NCBI GenBank assembly: GCA_051294375.1
Contig: CM119264.1
Span: 4,677,352 to 4,741,351, forward strand
DNA length: 64,000 bases
Source: Paraspadella gotoi
Taxonomy: Eukaryota; Animalia; Chaetognatha
Direction of reading: 5' to 3'
Every line of letters begins with the position of its first letter. The stretch's first letter is position 1. Shown here one piece after another: positions 39,529 through 53,300 of this stretch. The notes under the pieces are model-generated. The model was not told where the DNA came from. It made no database searches and worked only from the letters and a program-made list of their open reading frames with translations. The translations under genes and the position numbers were made by a program.

Positions 39529-42500
39529 TCTCTCTCTCTCTCTCTCCATTTCGCACTCGTGTCCGCTTCAAAAAAAAAAACAAACCTCGCAACTGGTCAA
39601 AGCCGTTTTATTTTAAATACGAATCCTTTGTCTCCCTTTTGCGCAAGGAGCCTTACCGGATCAAAACTTCCGCTGATGACCTGACTAATTCCTCCTCTCG
39701 CTCCAAAATATCAATGTGCGCAAAAAAGTGCAGGCAAGTCTGTTCGCAATTCACGTCGTCGCATATCCGCATTTTTGTCCCCCCCCACGGCCGTTTTTAC
39801 GTCTGTTTTCGCTCTCATGAAAACTTACGACGATGTTCGCGGGAAAATATTGATTTATCACCATCGTTTCACTATTTCGATTCACTTTACACTTTTGACT
39901 GAGATTGTTTGCGACCGACCATTATTCGCTCTCGTCAGTAGCAAAACCGAATTTTGATTTTGTGTTTTAAAATTTGAACTTCAACTTAAAGCCTCACCAG
40001 TCACCACTGTCCTTCCGCAGCCTCATCTTACCAAGCATCCCGGGTTCAATTCTTAAGAATCCTAGTTCTGGTTAAATGTGACGGCTCGAAGGGACCCGTT
40101 TAAACATGCAGCCCCCAGCTGCCCCCACGCCTCCGTGGTCATACAATTAGGATATCTAAAAAATAAATATTTACTAACCAAAAAGATATAAATAAAAAAA
40201 AATAAATATTGAAAAAATACAGCATCACAGTACTGTAGATGAGATTACCTCCTCGCGGACACGTCAATCGTCGGAACTTTTTTTAGTTTTTCCCCCCCAA
40301 CACATTTTAAAACCAAATTTTTTTTGGTCTTTTTTTTTTAATCTCAGAAAAAAATCGGAATTTGAAACAATTTACGAAGATGTTACGAGGGAGACGGCGG
40401 GAGAGGTTCGTGCTGGAGGGAATTGGTGATTCGTGATTTGTGATTTGTGATGTGAGATGGTCATAATTTGAGAATGTAATGATAATGTTGGAAGTAGTTT
40501 TAGTGAAGTTACTATTATTAATACATGTCTTATTTATGACCAACAATTTTCCCTTTCTTAGTGTTCTTTTTACATGATTTGGGTTTGAAATTAAAGTTCG
40601 AATCACTTTAAATACAGAAATCCGTAGAAATCAACTCTCAAGAAGAAACAGAGGAGCTGGCAGGTAAATTCTGAGCATTTCAAAGTCAATTACTATTCTG
40701 AATACGCGATTAGCGAGTCATGTAGTTTTTCTCATTTTAAGAGCCTTTTCGTAAAAAAATTATGGAAACAAGTATTTTTTTATTTAATGCGGAAATAATT
40801 GAATAAAAACCACACAAATAATTAAGTTTCTAAAAGATTTGTTCTAACAATATTGATTCGATATTCTACTAATTAGTACTTTAGTATTTTATCAGCATTA
40901 GTTTAAAAAATATTAGTAATTTGATACTTTATATGACTGAAAATTAGTAGTTAAACCGAATTTCTGCAGAAAACGTCATTTTTAAGCCGCGAGACGGCTC
41001 GCAGTGCCTGTGACGGTCCCTCAAATTAATCTTCTTATTCAAAACAAAAGATAAACAAACTGCGATCGAAATCCGGTTCAAATGACAAATTTTTTTTTTT
41101 AAATCGTGAGCGGACTTAGATAATAGGAATTCACTGTTAAAATTTCGTTTCCAAATTTGGGGTCAGATTACGAAACGGAGGGTTGGAAACTGGAAAGTCA
41201 CGAGGATCGTATTTTAGCGTTTGAGATGATAAAAGACTTCGACTGGATCGTCAACCAGCTCCAAGGAATTCAGACACAGAGGTGAACCTGTATGAACATG
41301 AAACTGTTAATGAGTTGTGATTTAACTATATAATATTGTAGAAAATAATATCGGCAACATTATTTTTAAAATATTGAACTTAATAATAGCCAAATGTCAT
41401 GAAAAAAAAACGTAAACGAAACAGGATATAAACTAACAAAACCCAACACCGTCCACTTTTTTCACATCCTTCATTTCAGTCATGAATAAAACCTTCAAAT
41501 TATTCACATTCCGACGTCAGATAAAAACTAAAAAACTGTCAAACAAAAAAACCAAGAAAATTTTAACTATTCACCCAAAAGAAATTGAGAAAGATGAACT
41601 TTTTTTTACCCTCTCGAGTTTTTCTCTTTCTCTCTCCCTGTCTCTCACTCTTTTTCACTCTCTCTTCTCTCTCTCTCACTATTTTTTTTCTCACGAAACT
41701 TCACTTTCGGTTCTGTTTGTTGGAAAATTTTCACTTTCTCCGGAATTTAAACTCCTATTTTTAAAATTAAACTAATTTTAAGATTTGTTTTGGAAGGATT
41801 TAATTTGCGGAAACCGAGTCCGAGAGGGCGACGACCCAAAGTTAATTAAAAATTTCACTTTCTCCTCAAAAAAAAAACCAAACTTTTGCTATCTCATCTT
41901 TTCATATTTTTAAAAAATCACCGTCTACAAGTAACAATCTCATTAACAAGATGATACAAGATGACAAAGTTTTAAAATTTACTACAAGACACTAACGCGT
42001 TCAAGTTTGAGTTGAAATTTAAGTTCAAAAGTTTCTGTTTTTTGGTTGTTTTTTTTTTGTTTTTTTTTTGTTTTGGCAAATCATCCTCAATCGATTCGGT
42101 GCCACAGTACCGAGTCACCCCGTCTAAGATTTTTCTTTGTTTTTAATATTTTTGTTTTTGTTTTTTTTTTTCCTTTTTTTGTTTTTTCGTTTGGCAAAAG
42201 CGGTGAACCTTTCGGTGAACCTATTATTTCGATGATCCTCCTCTTCCTCCTCCTCCTCCTCCTCCTCCGCTCGACGCATCGCGATTTCACGACTGGGATC
42301 CGGTTAAAAATTACTTCTTTTTTCCCCGAAAAAAAAACTTAAGAGGAAAAATAAAGAACAAATAAATATTGAAAGAAAAAGAAAGAATTTCGAGTGGCCG
42401 CGGCTCGACTTGCGAATGACGTTATCCTTCAGCGCTTTTTTAAAAATTTTAAATATTTTAAAAATATTGTCAATTAAAATTAATTAAATATTTTAATTTT

Positions 42501-44858
42501 TTTTTAAATTATATTATTATTTTAATATAATTTTTCATCATTAAGATTCATTTAATTTTAAAACATTTCATTATTTTTTTTAAATATTGTCAAATCCTAT
42601 CGCGACAGTGAATCGCTCTCGGGGCAACCCTTCTTACTTTTTTCTTCTTCTTCTCCTTAGGCCGATTTACGCGATGGCGAAGACGAAGTTCAAATCGATC
42701 CTCTCCAGAGAATTGTCCAAGTACAGCGACTCTTCAGAAATGTCCGACTTCATCAACCAGACCTTCATCGAGGACGAACCCGACACGGACTTCGAGTTCG
42801 CCGTCGACTCAGGTTCCACACAAAGAGCAATCAACGGAATATGGTTTTTGGGGGGGGAGATTGGGGGGAGGGGGAAGAATTCGGAATGGCGGGAATTTGG
42901 GGAGAAATATTAGGAATGATGAGAATTATAAAATCTGAGTTTTTTTGGAGGGGAATTTGGAATAGAGATAAATTACTGGATTGGGGGGTGGGGTCGGATT
43001 GCGCTTCTGTTTTAAATGATGAAATTGGAAGATTTGAAATCGCGAGGATTGAAAATAAAAATATTGGCGGGAAATCGGAGAGCAACAAATATAGGATTGA
43101 CGAATTAATCGAAATCAAAAATACCAAAAAATCCAAAAAAATTTAAAAAAACTCGGAATTGTCGTGATTCTTTTCACAGACGATGGGCACGACGAAACGG
43201 GACTTGGCCAATCACCGCGTCAACGGGTAACTCACGCCTTTGTCATTCTTCTCCTTTTTATCAATATCCTTAATTTGTTATTTATTATTGAGTTCATGGT
43301 CGTTTTATTCGACAACATTTATCTTTCTCTGTCGCTTACTCATTTAAATCAGAATAGATTAATTCCCAAATTTGTGACCCTCACTTCTCAGTTCGACTCA
43401 TGGAGTTCCCGACGTCAAGGAACTGAAATTGACGACGACAAAATACGATGCGTCATGCGTGAAATCGGCGCCAACACCATCAAAGACTTTTTGTCCCAAG
43501 ATCACAACAACTTCAAAGACTTTTCTGGCCAAGAGGCCAACCGCAGCAAAGAGATCCTGTTGGGAGACGCAAGACACACGGAGGTAAATATATTTAGTTT
43601 ACCAGTTTAGTAGTATAGTTTATATTACCATAATCTGTGTATAATCATCCATTCATTCGTTGGACATGCTATCATGCAGTCTGGTTAGGGTCTCCATCCG
43701 TCTTACAAGATAGTAACCGAGCATCATAGCTTTTAATCTAAACTCTCTCAGCAGTCTAGTTTACTAACTCCCTATCCGTAAAATATTTAATGTATTTATA
43801 TAAGTATCAGTATATTAATATATATTATATTGCTTGTATCAATTTCATCCATTGTTCATTCAGGCGCAGAAGAGTAAATACCGAATACAAGGTGGTCGAT
43901 ACTGTGCCAAAATCAAGGCATTGGTCACGTGAAAAAGAAACCAAAAAATGAAAACGAATGAGAAAAAAATTGACAGGCTATTTGGATAATATCCTGCAGG
44001 CGGCTGCGTCGACGGCGGCGGCTGCGTCGGCGGCTGCGACTGAGGCGGAAACGGACGAAAACGAAGAAAACGAAAAATCTACGGAGTTAATAAAAATGTT
44101 GACGGAAGATTTGAACTTGTGGACGTTCGATGTGTTTAGGTTTAACGAAGTGGCCAACAGATGGCCCCTCACTGCCCGTGAGTTTTCACTTTTGATTGGA
44201 TTGATTTGATTTCTTTAGTCGTTTATTCATCCAATCATTATTTTTTTCTTTCTCTCTTTTTTTTCTTCACTTTTACACTCTTTGCGTATTTTTAGAGTTT
44301 GCCAAACTTTGCATTTTGTTGTGTCTCTTTTCCATTTTAAACCGATCTGATAAGGCCATTAAATCCCAAAATACCTTTAAGTATTATTTTATTTATTTAT
44401 TAATTTATTCTTTATGATAATGTTATCATTTTAGTTATTTTTCTTCTTTCTATACATATTTCCCTCCTCATTCCGATAAATTAAAATCTCTTCACCACCA
44501 CTCACCACTTAACAACCACTTCATCCTCTCAACCCCCTCTCCCACCTCCATCTAACCACCTCCGTCCACCCACTCCCTCTTTTACCCACCCCCAATCATC
44601 CAGTGGCCTACGCCATCTTCACCGAGCGTCAACTCCTCCGCTCCGTCCTCAAGATCGACGAGTTCACTTTCCTTCGCTTCTTCGTTCGGCTGGAGACGAC
44701 TTACCATCCCCGCAACCCTTACCACAACAACGTCCACGCGGCCGACGTGCTGCAGACGACCAACATCCTCCTCAACTCGGGAAGACTGGCCGACGTCTTC
44801 CCGGAGACGGAGATCTGCACGGCGTTGCTGGCGGCGGCCGTGCACGATGTAGACCATC

Positions 44859-44898
<40 letters not shown>

Positions 44899-45107
44899 AA
44901 AGAACGGAGATCTCACGGGCGTTGCTGGCGCGGCCGTGACACGATGTAATGAGACTGCCGGATCCGAGAGAGAGAGGAGAGAGAGAGAGAAGGAGAAGAG
45001 AGAGAGAGAGAGAAGAAGAGAGGAGAGAGAGAAGAGAGAGACGAGATGAAGACAGTAGATCTTGCACGGCGTTGCTTGGCGCGGCCGTGCACGGATGTAA
45101 GACCATC

Positions 45108-45148
<41 letters not shown>

Positions 45149-45261
45149 AGGAAGAGAGAGAGAGAATGGAGAGAGAGAGACTGAAGACGGAGATCTGCAC
45201 GGCGTTTGCTGGCGGCGGCCGTGCACAGATGTAGACCATGCCGGGTGAGAGAGAGAAGGGA

Positions 45262-45297
<36 letters not shown>

Positions 45298-45373
45298 AGA
45301 GAGAGACTGAAGACGGAGATCTTGCACGGCGGTTGCTGGCGGCGGGCCGTGCAACGGATGTAGAACCATAGCC

Positions 45374-45439
<66 letters not shown>

Positions 45440-45516
45440 AAGACGGAAGATCTGCCACGGCGTTGCTGGCGGGCGGCCGTGGCTACGATGTAAGATCCAA
45501 TGGCCGGGTGAGAGAG

Positions 45517-45567
<51 letters not shown>

Positions 45568-45666
45568 AGAGAGAGACTGAAAGACGGAGATCTGCACGGC
45601 GTGTTGCTGGGCGGCGGCCGTGCACGATGTAGACCATGTGCGAACCGGGTGAAGAGAGAGAGAGAG

Positions 45667-45712
<46 letters not shown>

Positions 45713-45798
45713 AGAGAGAGGAAGAGACTGAAGACGGAGAGATGCTGCACGCGCGTTAGCTGGCGGCGGCCGTGCAGCGTGTAGACGATCGGAGCCGA

Positions 45799-45848
<50 letters not shown>

Positions 45849-45963
45849 AGAGGAGAGAGAATGGAGAGGGGAGAGAGAGAGACGAGAGAGAATCTGCACG
45901 CGTTGCTGGCAGGCGGCCGTGCACGATGTAGACCATGGAGAGAGAGGAGAGAGAGAAGAACGA

Positions 45964-45995
<32 letters not shown>

Positions 45996-46088
45996 GAAGG
46001 AGAATGGAGAGAGAGAAGACTGAAGACGGAGATCTGCACGGGTTGCACGCGAAGACGAATGGAGCATCCGGGTGAGAAAGAGAGAGAG

Positions 46089-46124
<36 letters not shown>

Positions 46125-46772
46125 CTGGAAGAGGAGATTGCACGGCGTTGCTCGGCGGCGGCGTGCCACGATTGTAACCATGAGTACCGGGTTGAGGAGA
46201 GAGAGAAGAAGAGAGAGGAGAGAGAGAGAGGAGAGAGAGAGATGAGAGAGAGAGAGAGAAGAGACTGGTAACGACTGAAGGGATACATGCATGCACGGCG
46301 TTGTCTGGGCGGCGGCCGTCGCAACGGATGTAGACCATAGGAGGCGAATGTAGGAGGAACAACGGGTGTGCCGGAGTAGAGAGAGAGACGGAGAGAGAGA
46401 AGTGAGAGAGATGGAGAGAGAAGAGAGTGAGAGAGAGTAGGGAGAGAGAGACTGCAGGATCTGCAGGCGGTGAGAGCGGCGAGACGGCATGAGAGACTGA
46501 AGGAGATGAGAGAGAGAGAAGAGAGAAACAGAGAGAGAGGAGAGAGAGAGGACGAGAATGAGGAGAGAGAGAAGAGAGAGAAGGAGAGAAGAGAGAGAGG
46601 AGAGAAGGAGAGGAGAGAGAAGGAAGAGAGAAATGAGAGAGAGAATGAAGAGAAGACGCATTGGAAGACGGGGAGATGCACGAGAGAGTAGGAGAGGAAT
46701 GCGGGGCGGGTGCACAACGTAAGGGCCAATAGTTTTTCTCCCGGAGTCGGTGATTACCTCCTAACAGAGGAG

Positions 46773-46803
<31 letters not shown>

Positions 46804-46930
46804 TATTCAGAGAGCTATGTGGCGAGAGAGAGAAGAGAGAGAGAGAGAGCCATAGAAGAAGGAGAAGATCTTCTGCACGGGCGTTGCTGGCCTGGCGCCG
46901 TGCACGATGTAGACCATCCGGTGAGAGACG

Positions 46931-46966
<36 letters not shown>

Positions 46967-47075
46967 AATAGGAATGAGAGAGAGAGACTTGAAGACGGAG
47001 ATCTGCACGGCGTTGCTGGCGGCGGCCGTGCAGCATGTATAGACCATCCGGGGGTTAGAGAGAGAGAGAGAGAGA

Positions 47076-47168
<93 letters not shown>

Positions 47169-47197
47169 GAAGAGGAGAGAGAGATTGAGAGAGAGAA

Positions 47198-47230
<33 letters not shown>

Positions 47231-49230
47231 GAAAGAAGAGAGAGAGAGAGAGAGAATGAGAGAGAAGAGAGAGAGAGAGAAGAGAGAGGAGACGAGAGAG
47301 AGAGAGAAGAGAGAATGAGAGAGAGAGAGAGATGAGAGAGAGAGAATGAGAAGAGAGAGAGAGAGGAGAGAGAGAGAGAATGAGGAGAAGATAGAGATAG
47401 GGAGATTAAGAGATAAGGAGAGACGAGTGAGAGAGAGATGATGAGAGAGAGAGAGAGAGAGATGAGAGAGAGGGAGAATGACGAGAAGAGAGAGAGAGAT
47501 GTGAGATTGAATGAATGAATGAAAGAATAAATGAATGAATGAATGAAGTTCTGTTGGTTCCATTGTGAAATATAATTGATTTTCTAAACCACTTTGTTAA
47601 AGGAATGAGACGAAAGAGAGTTACATTCATTGGCTTCGCGAGAGAGCAAATCTGCTCATAATTTTATTCCCCTTCGTCTTCTCTTTATTATCACTTTATC
47701 CAGAGATCGAAAGAAATACTAAAAAGGTTGGACTCGATCGAGACTTCTCCTCTTCTTTCAGGAGTCACGAATCAGTACCTCATCAATACTGGACACGAAC
47801 TCGCGATGCTGTATAACGACGTCTCAGTTTTGGAAAATCATCACTTGGCCACAACTTTCAAGGTTGGGTCTTGCCACTGGTGGCTCCCAGATACTGGCTC
47901 TTTCTCGCGTTCGAAATCTCAGGGTTTTTTTTTTTTTTCTCCAGATCATGAGCGATCCTCAACTGGACATTTTCCAAAACATTCCCCACAAAGTCAAACA
48001 AAGCATGAGAAAGCTCAGCATTGATATGGTACTGGCGACGGACATGTCCAAACACATGGATCTCATAGGTATAAAAAAAAACATTCTATTAGAAAATTTT
48101 AATGGAACGATGATATTAAAAATGAATCCTTGGACCAAGATGGATCAAATTTTTAAAATATTTTTTTTTCGTCATTCATTCATTCGGGATTCAATCCAAA
48201 AAAAACCCTCAACCAATCAATCAATCCATCTACCAATCAAACCAATCAATCAATTTCCCAATCAAACCCCCCCCCACCGCCTCAGCCGATCTCAAGACGA
48301 TGGTGGAGACGAAGAAAATCTCCTCCTCATCCGAATCCATGCGAACTGAAAACTTTTCCTTCAACGACCGCGTGAGGGTGCTGAAGAACATGCTGCACTG
48401 CGCCGACCTCAGCAACCCGACCAAGCCGCAGCACATTTACGAGAACTGGGCCAAACGAATCACCGACGAGTTTTATCACCAGGGGGACTTGGTAAGGGGG
48501 GGAAGGGGGGGGAAAGTGAAGGGTAGAGTAAGATTAGAAAATCTGGAGAAACGAAGGGAATTGTTTATCGGTTGGTTAATATTCAGTGTTAAACTTAACT
48601 AGAGTATTGTTTAAAAAAGTATTTCTCAAGAGCTGTTACGTCACTAAAAATACGTAATGCGTACGCATATGAAATTGGTAAAACCATATAAAAATTACCA
48701 ATTCAATAAATAACTATGCTCTCGGACAGGCTTTGTTATAATTGATTTCGTTAGTTCAATCAACGAAATTTATGTCATTTCAAAATTAACCCCCCCTCCC
48801 AAAGGAACGCGCCAAGGGCATCGAACTCAGTCCCCTGTGTGACCGATTCACGGCCAACTTCGAGAATTCCCAGCTGGGGTTTATCGATTTCGTTGTTCAC
48901 CCCTTGTGGGAGATCTGGAACGAACTGGTCTACCCCGAGGGAAAACACGTTTTGGAACAGCTGGCATTTAACAGAAGATACTTTGAAAGCAGAAAGCAGC
49001 AAGATAGCAGGTTGTTTAAAGACTGACAAAAGCTTTTCACAGGGTTTAAAAAATATAGGTCAGAAGGCTCGTGACACTTATTATTTTTTTTAGCCAATTA
49101 TATTGTTCTACGGTTTTAAGTAAAATAATTAAAATTGGTAAAAACGTTGTCATTTTGTTTTTGTTCTCCAGATCCATCCGACGGGCCGCCAGCGATCCCG
49201 TGACGTGTGCGACGCAAATAGAAGGCAATC

Positions 49231-49265
<35 letters not shown>

Positions 49266-49523
49266 CCGACCGTCACTTTCGAGGCAGAAACTCAATGTCC
49301 GAAGCGTCGATCGGGCGTCAGCGGCAGACCGTGTCTCGTGGACGACTCCGCGTTGGGCGCCGCTGCCGGGTCCGCGGAGGGCGCTGCAGGGGGCGCCGCA
49401 TCGAGCGCCGCGCCGATGAATCACCCCGAAATGATTCCCGCCAAATCGAAGAAAAAACCCGAAGTTGTCGACGACGGTGAAACGAGGCTCGAAACTCTGG
49501 CGGCGAAAGTGTCGATCGGTTGA
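36691..49523 (+). CDS. PDE4: cAMP-specific phosphodiesterase 4 (dunce/PDE4 family), long form with UCR1 and UCR2
   Basis: Phase-consistent GT-AG exons: 36691-36754, 37262-37378, 37666-37774 (RRQSFLY, UCR1 PKA site), 38224-38339 (TPFAQLL), 40628-40663, 41218-41281 (DFDWIVNQL), 42661-42812 ([17 protein letters not shown]2), 43180-43226, 43392-43583, 44000-44177, 44604-44861 ([10 protein letters not shown]...HDVDHPG), 47762-47862 ([11 protein letters not shown]), 47945-48068 (LATDMSKH), 48286-48491 ([11 protein letters not shown]), 48805-49010 (SQLGFIDF), 49172-49523. The true start may lie further upstream. Confidence 0.95.
37790..38070. repeat. Degenerate ~10-bp tandem repeat (gatgttgtg) in a PDE4 intron, interrupted by the 85-bp dispersed element
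   Basis: 'gatgttgtggatgttttagtggatgttgtggatgttc' repeats on both sides of 37891-37980. Confidence 0.6.
39990..40110 (+). repeat. Dispersed element related to 63820-64000 (opposite strand), with a B-box-like motif
   Basis: Shared blocks gcctcac / ctgtccttcc.cagcctc / cccgggttcaat / gttctgg.ttaaatgtgacgg / taaacatgc. Confidence 0.55.
44862..47056 (+). repeat. Intronic tandem array: about 15 copies of the PDE4 exon 3' end plus 5' splice site, spaced by (GA)n
   Basis: Unit 'ctgaagacggagatctgcacggcgttgctggcggcggccgtgcacgatgtagaccatccgggtg' at ~44895, 45046, 45180, 45306, 45436, 45576, 45726, 45890, 46018, 46123, 46263, 46450, 46660, 46862 and 46986. It matches exon end 44805-44864. Confidence 0.9.
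47057..47500. repeat. Long imperfect (GA)n microsatellite
   Basis: ~440 bp of almost pure GA dinucleotide. Confidence 0.9.
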
Positions 49524-50353
49524 AAAGAAAAAGGGAATCGTCTTCCGCAGCGGCATCAACGGTCTCCGCCTGAACCTTCGAATTGGATTTTTCAACAGTG
49601 ACACATTGACACGCCCCTTTTTATAGGAGACGCTATCTAGTCGACATTGATATACCTTAACGGTTTAATTTAACTAAGTTACATTCTTTATTTTTTACTT
49701 GGTTTCTCCCTAATCTCCGTTTACGTGAGATTTCCCTGTAAAACCCGCTTCCTTGGCAAATACAGCGTCTTGCCCGCCCTCCCCCCCTCCCCGTACCTCC
49801 GCTTCTTTTCCCCCGATCTTAACTTATATAGTTACGTCACACTTTATCGTCATATCTCAATCTCTAAATGTCTCTATCTCTCTGAACCTTTCCCTTCTCC
49901 GGTTCCCACGCCCCTCAAATGCCTCAATTTTAATTCACTGATAATTTCGTTCCGTTTGTACTTTGTTCCCCAAATTGAAAACTCTTCCTCGAATTTTCAA
50001 ATGGTACTTAAATAAAAATACAAATCTACGATAAAATTGATAAATAGGTGAAGTAAAAAAAAGAATTGAAACTTGTAGTGTTACGCAAGTCGATTTAATA
50101 CGTATTGTGCTTTGAGATTATATCTATACCACAGGTTTGAGATCATATCGAGACCACAGGGAGCTTGAAATTAAGCATTTGTCAAGCTTAGGTGACCAAA
50201 GAAAAATAAATGATTTGTGGGGAAAAAAATACTGCGACTTCGTCGTTGAATGCAATTGAGGTAAGTCCGCTGCTGTGGAGAAAGTGAGGCTGCACGAGGA
50301 GTGACTTCGATGCAGAAGGTGAGTCGCCAAAGAGTGTGGATAAGTTCAGTCCT

Positions 50354-53300
50354 CTAAGAACGAGTCGAAGATCCGGCCTTTGCCGATTCCGGGTGGGAAG
50401 TGATGGGTGAGGCGAGCGCTAAGTCGAGGGCGGGATCGTGAATGGGCGTGTCCGGGCGAGATTGTGGGCGTGGCAATTGGTCGACGGTGGATTCGAAGGT
50501 TGAATCGTCTGGCGCGTCGTGAATGAGACGTGAGTTAATGTCGGTGACTTTTGAGATTCGATTGTGAATTCTCAGGTGACGAGTGATCATATCTCTCCGA
50601 CAGGCGGTGTAGGGACAAACGTTGCAGAAGTAAGGTTTTTCGCCTTTAACAAAAATAATACAATTTATATTATGTAACGTAAAAATCATCCAAAAACTTT
50701 CATTTTCACCTGTGTGAGTCCGTTTGTGTGTGCTGAGATGATCGCTTCGGGAGAAAACCTTTGAAATTTGTTGGTGAATTAAAAAATCTCATCTCTTTTT
50801 CGATGTGAGAATTTGGTCGGGAACTTACTTGACAACAGATCAGACAGGAGTAAGGTTTGTCTCCGCTGTGAAGACGATGATGACGACTAAGCATGTCACT
50901 CCTCGAAAAAATTCTCTGACAGATCTAAAGTTGAAAACGAATTTACAAATTCTAATTGCAAAAATGTTAAGTCATGTAATATTTAATATTTCCGTTTCAT
51001 ACTTGACACTCGTGCCTTTTTCTGTAACGAACGTCTTTCTTTTTATTGTGGGTTTTTATCGAGAGGTCGATTGTTACTTCGGTATCCATTTTTGAGAGGG
51101 TCTGAATGAAAATTAATTAATCGTAATTTATTTCGTAAATAAACTTGATATAAGGATGTGAAAGGTTACTTTTGTTTGTATGCGGACATTAAAACGGATT
51201 TTGAGCTTACTCTGTCATTTGCTTTAATCCGACTTTTAATTGAATCCGGATCAATTTTGACGTCGCGGACGAAATCTCGATTTCTTTTGACGAAGTTTCC
51301 GTTTCGATCTTTCGATCCTTTGACCGTTCGTTCGCCTTCGTCATTCAGTTTAAAAATATTTAAAACGTTTTATAAGTAAAGCGTAAATGATTAATTTTGC
51401 TTATATTATTCAGCGAATGTCAACAAAATACAGAAGGCTTCATTTTATAAAATGAGGTACCCGGTTTTTGTGACCAGAACTAGGGTTACGATAACCGTTA
51501 ACCGTTAACGGTTATTAACGGTTAAAAATAATTTTAACCTAATCGTTAATATATTTATTTTAACGGTTAAATTCGGATGATTTTCAAATATGATTTTTTT
51601 TTGGTATAAAATCTTTGATTTTTTAAAAGAAAAGTATTTTTTTCCTGTCCTCTCTTATTCTCCTCTTCTTTTATCACCATATTTTTTCACTTTTCTTTTC
51701 CATTATTTCCCTGTTTTTTTTCTTTTCTTATTTTCAACCCTTTTAATCTTTTTTCTATCCTAATCTCTCTCTTATTTTTTCTTCCCCTCACTTTATCTCC
51801 TTCTGTACCTTTCTTTTTATTTCTCTCTTTTCCCCTCCTTCTTTCCCCCATTTCTTTTCTCTCCTTTTTTTCTCCCTTTTCTTTTACCTTTTTCATTTTT
51901 TTCTGCCGGTGTTTTTTTCTTTTTCGTATGTACTTATTTTCTTCCAATTTTTTTTCGTTTTTCCTTTAACTAATTTTATGCATTTACATCAAAGAATATT
52001 TTGAAATATAATATATACGCATATATGCACATGAAAATAGTTGCATACATTTCCTTGCAAATTAAATAAAATAATATGTATATTGTGACAGTAACCACAC
52101 AAAACCTGATATATTCACACTGCCTCACATCCACCATCGTTTAGGCCATACTGGCTCAGAGGGGAAACACACCATCCCAGGCGTTGTGTTCTAATGACTT
52201 CCCTGTGCGTTGACAAAGCGAGACCGTCCTAGGGAAGCCAGTGACTGGAGGNNNNNNNNNNTTTTTCATTTTTTTCTGCCGGTGTTTTTTTCTTTTTCGT
52301 ATGTACTTATTTTCTTCCAATTTTTTTTCGTTTTTCCTTTAACTAATTTTATGCATTTACATCAAAGAATATTTTGAAATATAATATATACGCATATATG
52401 CACATGAAAATAGTTGCATACATTTCCTTGCAAATTAAATAAAATAATATGTATATTGTGACAGTAACCACACAAAACCTGATATATTCACACTGCCTCA
52501 CATCCACCATCGTTTAGGCCATACTGGCTCAGAGGGGAAACACACCATCCCAGGCGTTGTGTTCTAATGACTTCCCTGTGCGTTGACAAAGCGAGACCGT
52601 CCTAGGGAAGCCAGTGACTGGAGGCGTCACTGAGGGTCGGAAGCCCCCAAAGCCAACGTCATCTGATATTTTTTTTTTAATTTAAAAAATTCATAGTTAA
52701 TATAAAATTCAAAGAATTTTCGCTTTAATTTTAATTATTTTTTAATCATTAGAAAAAATTGGAAAATAGCATTGATGAAGTTTCAAATTTAACCTCTTTA
52801 TAGACAGTCACTAAATAAAGAAGACTCATTACAAATATGTTGAATTATATATCATATAAAATGCCGAGACCTTGAAAACCCGATTATCATTAATCTTTTA
52901 AAATTTTACGGTTGTATAGATATACTGTCACGAAATGTTACAAACGAGAAAAATCATACTGTAAAAGCTAAGATGTCTGGGCTGCAAACGGAGCAGTTAC
53001 TATTCATACTCATACTATTCATGCTACTCATACTATTCATACTCAGTACTCACGTGACTTCGTTGAATAGACCGTTTTCGTGGCGTGGCGCCCTCCAGTT
53101 CCATGGAGTCTGCGCCAGAAAAAAAATATGTTTTAATTAATGAAATAAAATGGTGAACGAAGGAACTTACGATCTGTTTGTTTCATCTCTCGTCGACTTT
53201 GTCAAATCCAAAGGTTCTTGAGAAAAACTAGGATATAGAAAAAATATAGAAAATGTTTATGATATTTATGACATTTAATTATTTCTCTTGTGATAAGAAG

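Noticed and set aside
44862-47056. CRISPR array (palindromic repeat plus variable spacers)
   Set aside because: The repeat is a copy of a PDE4 exon end, the spacers are GA microsatellite rather than unique sequence, there are no cas genes, and the context is eukaryotic.
44582-47563. Long minus-strand ORFs of 715, 547, 319 and 269 aa
   Set aside because: Poly-(Ser-Leu) translations of (CT)n, which contains no stop codons; antisense to PDE4.
51480-51572. DNA transposon end (tagggtt...aaccgttaaccgttaacggtt palindromes)
   Set aside because: It resembles a hAT/MITE terminus, but no partner end or target-site duplication was found in the window.
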